A program made the translations under genes and the position numbers. From Eledone cirrhosa (lineage: Eukaryota), in assembly GCA_964016885.1 (NCBI GenBank), contig OZ024751.1:2418001-2482000 (forward strand): DNA of 64,000 nucleotides. The letters run 5' to 3'. Under the pieces are notes generated by a model that was not told the origin of the DNA, made no database searches, and saw nothing but the letters and a program-made list of their open reading frames with translations. Positions within the stretch are counted from its first letter, which is position 1. The number at the start of each line of letters is the position of its first letter. Shown one piece after another: positions 56,601 to 64,000 of this stretch.

Positions 56601-57815
56601 TGTTGAACCTTCTCTGTTTAACTGTCATATTGAACTTTCTCTGTTGAACTGTGATGCTGAACCTTACTTGTTTAACTGTCATGTTGAACCTTCTCTGTTG
56701 AACTGTCATATTGAAGCTTCTCTGTTGAACTGTCATACTGAACCTTCTCTGTTGAACTGTCATATTGAACCTTCCCTGTTGAACTGTCATGTTGGACCTT
56801 CCCTGTTTAACTGTCATATTGAACTTTCTCTGTTGAACTGTCATGCTGAAACTTCTCTGTTGAACTGTCATGCTGAACCTTCCCTGTTTAACTGTCAAGC
56901 TGAACCTTCCTTGTTGAACTGTCATGTTGAACATTTTATGTTGAACTGTCATGCTGAACCTTCCCTGTTGACCTGTCATGTTGGACCTTCTCTGTGTAAC
57001 TGTCATATTGAACTTTCTCTGTTGAACTGTCATTGTGAACCTTCCCTTTTGAACTGTCATATTGAACCTTCTCTGTGAACTGTCATGCTGAACCTTCCCT
57101 GTTGAACTGTCATATTGAACCTTCTCTGTTGAACTGTCATGCTGAACCTTCCCTGTTGAACTGTCATATTGAACCTTCTCTGTTGAACTGTCATGTTGGA
57201 CCTTCTCTGTTTAACTGTCATATTGAACCTTCTCTGTTTAACTCTCATATTGAACTTTCTCTGTTGAACTGTCATGCTGAACCTTCCCTGTCGCACTGTC
57301 ATTCTGAACCTTCCCTGTTTAACTGTCATATTGAAATTTCTCTGTTGAACTGTCATGCTGAACCTTCCCTTTTGAACTGTCATATTGAATCTTCTCTGTT
57401 GAACTGTCATGCTGAACCTTCCCTGTTGAACTGTCATATTGAACCTTCTCTGTTGAACTGTCATGCTGAACCTTCCCTGTTGAACTGTCATATTGAACTT
57501 TCTCTGTTGAACTGTGATGCTGAACCTTACTTGTTTAACTGTCATGTTGAACCTTCTCTGTTGAACTGTCATATTGAAGCTTCTCTGTTGAACGGTCATA
57601 CTGAACCTTCTCTGTTGAACTGTCATATTGAACCTTCCCTGTTGAACTGTCATGTTGGACCTTCCCTGTTTAACTGTCATGTTGAACTTTCACTGTTGAA
57701 CTGTCATGCTGAACCTTCTCTGTTGAACTGTCATGCTGAACCTTCCCTGTTTAACTGTCATGCTGAACCTTCCTTGTTGAACTGTCATGTTGAACATTTT
57801 ATGTTGAACTGTCAT
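53655..57815 (+). repeat. Tandem duplication of 77 monomers (offset 2,074 before and 2,078 after a private 4-bp deletion)
   Basis: ORF pairs 53814/55888 and 54997/57075. Ends approximate. Confidence 0.87.
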
Positions 57816-60800
57816 GCTGAACCTTCCCTGTTGAACTGTCATATTGAACCTTCTCTGTTGAACTGTCATGTTGGACCTTCTCTGTTTAACTGTCATATTG
57901 AACCTTCTCTGTTTAACTGTCATATTGAACCTTCTTTGTTGAACTGTCATATTGAACCTTCCCTGTTGAACTGTCATGTTGAAACGTCACTGTTTAACTG
58001 TCATATTGAACATTCTCTTTTTAACTGTCATGCTGAAACTTCCTTGTTGAACTGTCATGTTGAACCTTCTCTGTTGAACAGTCATAATGAACCTTATCTG
58101 TTGAACTGTCATGTTGGACCTTCTCTTTTGAACTGTCATATTGAACATTCTCTGTAGGACTGTCATATTGAACCTTCTCTTTTGAACTGTCATATTGAAC
58201 CTTCTCTGTTTAACTGTCATATTGAACCTTCTCTGTTGAACTGTCATATTGAACCTTCCTTGTTGAACTGTCATGTTGGACCTTCCCTGTTTAACTGTCA
58301 TATTGAACCTTCCCTGTTGAACTGTCATATTGAACTTTCTCTGTTGAACTGTCATGTTGGACCTTCTCTGTTTAACTGTCATATTGAACTTTCTCTGTTG
58401 AACTGTCATGCTGAACCTTCCTTGTTGAACTGTCATGTTGAACCTTCTCTGTTGAACTGTCATATTGAACCTTCTCTGTTGAACTGTCATGTTGAACCTT
58501 CTCTGTAGAACTGTCATATTGAACCTTCTTTGTTTAACTGTCATATTGAACTTTCTCTGTTGAACTGTCATATTGAACATTCTCTGTTGAACTGTCATGC
58601 TGAACCTTCCCTGTTGAACTGTCATATTGAACCTTCTCTGTTGAACTGTCATGCTGAACATTCCCTGTTGAACTGTCATTCTGAACCTTCCCTTTTGAAC
58701 TGTCATATTGAACCTTCTCTGTGAACTGTCATGCTGAACCTTCCCTGTTGAACTGTCATATTGAACTTTCTCTGTTGAACTGTCATGCTGAACCATCCCT
58801 GTTGAACTGTCATATTGAACATTCTCTGTTGAACTGTCATGTTGGACATTCTCTGTTTAACTATCATATTGAACCTTCTCTGTTTAACTATCATATTGAA
58901 CTTTCTCTGTTGAACTGACATGCTGAACCTTCCCTGTTGAACTGTCATGTTGAACCTTCTCTGTTGAACTTTCATATTGAACTTTCTCTGTTGAACTGTC
59001 GTATTGAACCTTCCCTGTTGAATTGTCATGTTGGACATTCCCTGTTTAACTGTCATGCTGAACCTTCTCTGTTGAAATGTCTTACCGAACTTTCTCTGTT
59101 GAACTGTCATGCTGAATCTTCCCTGTTGAAATGTCATGCTGAACCTTCCCTGTTTAACTGTCATATTGAACTTTCACTGTTGAAATGTCATGCTGAACAT
59201 TCCCTGTTGAACTGTCATATTGAACCTTCTCTGTTTACCAGTCATATTGAACCTTCTCTGTTGAACTGTCATATTGAACCTTCCCTGTTGAACTGTCATG
59301 TTGAACCTTCTCTGTTTAACTATCATATTGAACTTTCTCTGTTGAACTGTCATGCTGAACCTTACTTGTTTAACTGTCATGTTGAACCTTCTCTGTTGAA
59401 CTGTCATATTGAAGTTTCTCTGTTGAACTGTCACACTGAACCTTCTCTGTTGAACTGTCATATTGAACCTTCCTTGTTTAACTCTCATATTGAACCTTCT
59501 CTGTTGAACTGTCATGCTGAATCTTCCCTGTTGAACTATCATATTGAAACTTCTCTGTTGAACTGTCATGTTGGACCTTCTCTGTTTAACTGTCATATTG
59601 AACCTTCTCTGTTGAACTGTCATATTGAACCTTCCCTCTTGAACTGTCATGTTGAACCTTCTCTGTTTAACTGTCATATTGAACTTTCTCTGTTGAACTG
59701 TCATATTGAACCTTACTTGTTTAACTGTCATGTTGGACCTTCTCTGTTTAACTGTCATATTGAACCTTCTCTGTTGAACTGTCATATTGAACCTTCCCTG
59801 TTGAACTGTCATGTTGGACCTTCCCTGTTTAACTGTCATATTGAACTTTCTCTGTTGAACTGTCATGCTGAAACTTCTCTGTTGAACTGTCATGCTGAAC
59901 CTTCCCTGTTTAACTGTCAAGCTGAACCTTCCTTGTTGAACTGTCATGTTGAACATTTTATGTTGAACTGTCATGCTGAACCTTCCCTGTTGACCTGTCA
60001 TGTTGGACCTTCTCTGTGTAACTGTCATATTGAACTTTCTCTGTTGAACTGTCATTGTGAACCTTCCCTTTTGAACTGTCATATTGAACCTTCTCTGTGA
60101 ACTGTCATGCTGAACCTTCCCTGTTGAACTGTCATATTGAACCTTCTCTGTTGAACTGTCATGCTGAACCTTCCCTGTTGAACTGTCATATTGAACCTTC
60201 TCTGTTGAACTGTCATGTTGGACCTTCTCTGTTTAACTGTCATATTGAACCTTCTCTGTTTAACTCTCATATTGAACTTTCTCTGTTGAACTGTCATGCT
60301 GAACCTTCCCTGTCGCACTGTCATTCTGAACCTTCCCTGTTTAACTGTCATATTGAAATTTCTCTGTTGAACTGTCATGCTGTCATTCCCTTTTGAACTG
60401 TCATATTGAATCTTCTCTGTTGAACTGTCATGCTGAACCTTCCCTGTTGAACTGTCATATTGAACCTTCTCTGTTGAACTGTCATGCTGAACCTTCCCTG
60501 TTGAACTGTCATATTGAACTTTCTCTGTTGAACTGTGATGCTGAACCTTACTTGTTTAACTGTCATGTTGAACCTTCTCTGTTGAACTGTCATATTGAAG
60601 CTTCTCTGTTGAACGGTCATACTGAACCTTCTCTGTTGAACTGTCATATTGAACCTTCCCTGTTGAACTGTCATGTTGGACCTTCCCTGTTTAACTGTCA
60701 TGTTGAACTTTCTCTGTTGAACTGTCATGCTGAACCTTCTCTGTTGAACTGTCATGCTGAACCTTCCCTGTTTAACTGTCATGCTGAACCTTCCTTGTTG

Positions 60801-63230
60801 AACTGTCATGTTGAACATTTTATGTTGAACTGTCATGCTGAACCTTCCCTGTTGAACTGTCATATTGAACCTTCTCTGTTGAACTGTCATGTTGGACCTT
60901 CTCTGTTTAACTGTCATATTGAACCTTCTCTGTTTAACTGTCATATTGAACCTTCTTTGTTGAACTGTCATATTGAACCTTCCCTGTTGAACTGTCATGT
61001 TGAAACGTCACTGTTTAACTGTCATATTGAACATTCTCTTTTTAACTGTCATGCTGAAACTTCCTTGTTGAACTGTCATGTTGAACCTTCTCTGTTGAAC
61101 AGTCATAATGAACCTTATCTGTTGAACTGTCATGTTGGACCTTCTCTTTTGAACTGTCATATTGAACATTCTCTGTAGAACTGTCATATTGAACCTTCTC
61201 TTTTGAACTGTCATATTGAACCTTCTCTGTTTAACTGTCATATTGAACCTTCTCTGTTGAACTGTCATATTGAACCTTCCTTGTTGAACTGTCATGTTGG
61301 ACCTTCTCTGTTTAACTGTCATATTGAACTTTCTCTGTTGAACTGTCATGCTGAACCTTCCTTGTTGAACTGTCATGTTGAACCTTCTCTGTTGAACTGT
61401 CATATTGAACCTTCTCTGTTGAACTGTCATGTTGAACCTTCTCTGTAGAACTGTCATATTGAACCTTCTTTGTTTAACTGTCATATTGAACTTTCTCTGT
61501 TGAACTGTCATATTGAACATTCTCTGTTGAACTGTCATGCTGAACCTTCCCTGTTGAACTGTCATATTGAACCTTCTCTGTTGAACTGTCATGCTGAACA
61601 TTCCCTGTTGAACTGTCATTCTGAACCTTCCCTTTTGAACTGTCATATTGAACCTTCTCTGTGAACTGTCATGCTGAACCTTCCCTGTTGAACTGTCATA
61701 TTGAACTTTCTCTGTTGAACTGTCATGCTGAACCATCCCTGTTGAACTGTCATATTGAACATTCTCTGTTGAACTGTCATGTTGGACCTTCTCTGTTTAA
61801 CTATCATATTGAACCTTCTCTGTTTAACTATCATATTGAACTTTCTCTGTTGAACTGACATGCTGAACCTTCCCTGTTGAACTGTCATGTTGAACCTTCT
61901 CTGTTGAACTTTCATATTGAACTTTCTCTGTTGAACTGTCGTATTGAACCTTCCCTGTTGAATTGTCATGTTGGACATTCCCTGTTTAACTGTCATGCTG
62001 AACCTTCTCTGTTGAAATGTCTTACCGAACTTTCTCTGTTGAACTGTCATGCTGAATCTTCCCTGTTGAAATGTCATGCTGAACCTTCCCTGTTTAACTG
62101 TCATATTGAACTTTCACTGTTGAAATGTCATGCTGAACATTCCCTGTTGAACTGTCATATTGAACCTTCTCTGTTTACCCGTCATATTGAACCTTCTCTG
62201 TTGAACTGTCATATTGAACCTTCCCTGTTGAACTGTCATGTTGAACCTTCTCTGTTTAACTATCATATTGAACTTTCTCTGTTGAACTGTCATGCTGAAC
62301 CTTACTTGTTTAACTGTCATGTTGAACCTTCTCTGTTGAACTGTCATATTGAAGTTTCTCTGTTGAACTGTCACACTGAACCTTCTCTGTTGAACTGTCA
62401 TATTGAACCTTCCTTGTTTAACTGTCATATTGAACCTTCTCTGTTGAACTGTCATGCTGAACCTTCCCTGTTGAACTATCATATTGAAACTTCTCTGTTG
62501 AACTGTCATGTTGGACCTTCTCTGTTTAACTGTCATATTGAACCTTCTCTGTTGAACTGTCATATTGAACCTTCCCTCTTGAACTGTCATGTTGAACCTT
62601 CTCTGTTTAACTGTCATATTGAACTTTCTCTGTTGAACTGTGATGCTGAACCTTACTTGTTTAACTGTCATGTTGAACCTTCTCTGTTGAACTGTCATAT
62701 TGAAGCTTCTCTGTTGAACTGTCATACTGAACCTTCTCTGTTGAACTGTCATATTGAACCTTCCCTGTTGAACTGTCATGTTGGACCTTCCCTGTTTAAC
62801 TGTCATATTGAACTTTCTCTGTTGAACTGTCATGCTGAAACTTCTCTGTTGAACTGTCATGCTGAACCTTCCCTGTTTAACTGTCAAGCTGAACCTTCCT
62901 TGTTGAACTGTCATGTTGAACATTTTATGTTGAACTGTCATGCTGAACCTTCCCTGTTGACCTGTCATGTTGGACCTTCTCTGTGTAACTGTCATATTGA
63001 ACTTTCTCTGTTGAACTGTCATTGTGAACCTTCCCTTTTGAACTGTCATATTGAACCTTCTCTGTGAACTGTCATGCTGAACCTTCCCTGTTGAACTGTC
63101 ATATTGAACCTTCTCTGTTGAACTGTCATGCTGAACTTTCCCTGTTGAACTGTCATATTGAACCTTCTCTGTTGAACTGTCATGTTGGACCTTCTCTGTT
63201 TAACTGTCATATTGAACCTTCTCTGTTTAA
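55735..63230 (+). repeat. ~3-kb higher-order unit in ~2.5 copies with whole-monomer losses (offsets 3,049 / 3,021 / 2,940)
   Basis: ORF series 55888/58937/61877, 57075/60097/63064 and 58182/61203. Copies differ by whole monomers (396 vs 387 aa; 108 vs 81 aa). Confidence 0.85.
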
Positions 63231-64000
63231 TTCTCATATTGAACTTTCTCTGTTGAACTGTCATTCTGAACCTTCAATGTTTAACTGTCATATTGAAATT
63301 TCTATGTTGAACTGTCATGCTGAACCTTCCATGTTGAACTGTCATATTGAACTTTCTCTGTTGAAATGTCATGCTGAATCTTCCCTGTTGAACTATCATG
63401 CTGAACGTTCCCTGTTTAACTGTCATATTGAACTTTCTCTGTTGAACTGTCATATTGGACCTTCTCTGTTTAACTGTCATATTGAACCTTCTCTGTTTAA
63501 CTGTCATATTGAACCTTCTCTGTTTAACTGTCATATTGAACCTTCTCTGTTGAACTGTCATGCTGAACCTTCCCTGTTTAACTGTCATATTGAACTTTCT
63601 CTGTTGAACTGTCATGCTGAACCATCCCTTTTGAACTGTCATATTGAACATTCTCTGTTGAACTGTCATGATGGACCTTCTCTGTTTAACTATCATATTG
63701 AACCTTCTCTGTTTAACTATCATATTGAACTTTCTCTGTTGAACTGACATGCTGAAACTTCTCTGTTGAACAGTAATGTTGAACCTTCTCTGTTGAACTT
63801 TCATATTGAACTTTCTCTGTTGAACTGTCGTATTGAACCTTCCCTGTAGAATTGTCATGTTGGACATTCCCTGTTTAACTCTCATATTGAACCTTCCCTG
63901 TTGAACTGTCATGCTGAAACTTCCCTGTTGAACTGTCATGTTGAACTTTCTCTGTTTAACTGTCATGCTTAACCTTCTCTGTTGAAATGTCATACCAAAC

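Larger units (their letters stand above)
1..64000 (+). repeat. 27-bp tandem satellite array, consensus TTGAACTGTCAT(ATT/GTT/GCT)GAAC(C/T)TTC(T/C)CTG, ~2,370 monomers, open at both window ends
   Basis: The unit is readable throughout, with a full monomer at 10-36. It has the same orientation everywhere, and the ORF translations repeat with a 9-aa period (LNCHIEPSL on +, MTVQQRRFN on -). Confidence 0.99.

Noticed and set aside
10-63993. All predicted ORFs as protein-coding genes (Cys/His-repeat, LRR- or zinc-finger-like)
   Set aside because: They are translations of the 27-bp unit with no unique termini. The + strand 'starts' are mostly TTG/GTG inside the repeat. The main variants are non-synonymous, ORFs overlap on both strands, and stops and frameshifts are copied with the blocks.
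1-64000. CRISPR array (repeat length ~27 bp; ATTGAAC resembles some CRISPR repeat ends)
   Set aside because: There are no unique spacers, monomers abut directly, and no cas genes or leader are present.
1-64000. Long telomerase-type telomeric repeat
   Set aside because: There is no G-run-rich strand, and kb-scale blocks of inherited variants indicate recombinational copying rather than templated addition.
1-64000. Pol III B-box or tRNA-derived unit from GTTCAA on the minus strand
   Set aside because: It lacks the terminal C of GTTCRANNC, and there is no A-box or cloverleaf.
1-64000. Information-encoding or programmed-diversification cassette (variant 'barcode')
   Set aside because: The variant order is explained by duplication plus point mutation, and no recombinase, reverse transcriptase or expression site is present in the window.
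1-64000. Nucleosome-phasing or curved DNA signal
   Set aside because: TT/AA motifs recur at 13/14 bp rather than ~10.5 bp, and the consensus has no A-tracts.
1-64000. Assignment to a named satellite family, species or centromere
   Set aside because: I do not recognise the monomer. Assignment needs a Dfam/Repbase/BLASTN search and chromatin data.

Overview
The whole 64-kb window is one uninterrupted head-to-tail array of a 27-bp satellite: consensus TTGAACTGTCATATTGAACCTTCTCTG, about 2,370 monomers, 37% GC, T-rich on the + strand. I saw no inversion, transposon insertion, unique sequence, RNA gene or credible protein-coding gene. The ORF track only reflects the 27-bp period being stop-free in some frames. 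The information lies in the variants. (1) The monomer is an old 13+14-bp dimer. (2) Most common polymorphic positions sit at the centres of three short dyads (GTTnAAC, TCAnnnTGA, GAAnnTTC); the last matches the two-unit heat-shock-element core. (3) The array grew by overlapping, in-register, mostly two-copy block duplications of 81 bp to 5.9 kb rather than one fixed higher-order repeat. (4) Two variant domains meet at a more diverged zone near 24-27 kb, with hints of an ~18-kb super-period. The array is most likely eukaryotic heterochromatic satellite, but organism and function cannot be determined from this window. Block offsets were read from matching ORF coordinates and marker variants; block ends are approximate.
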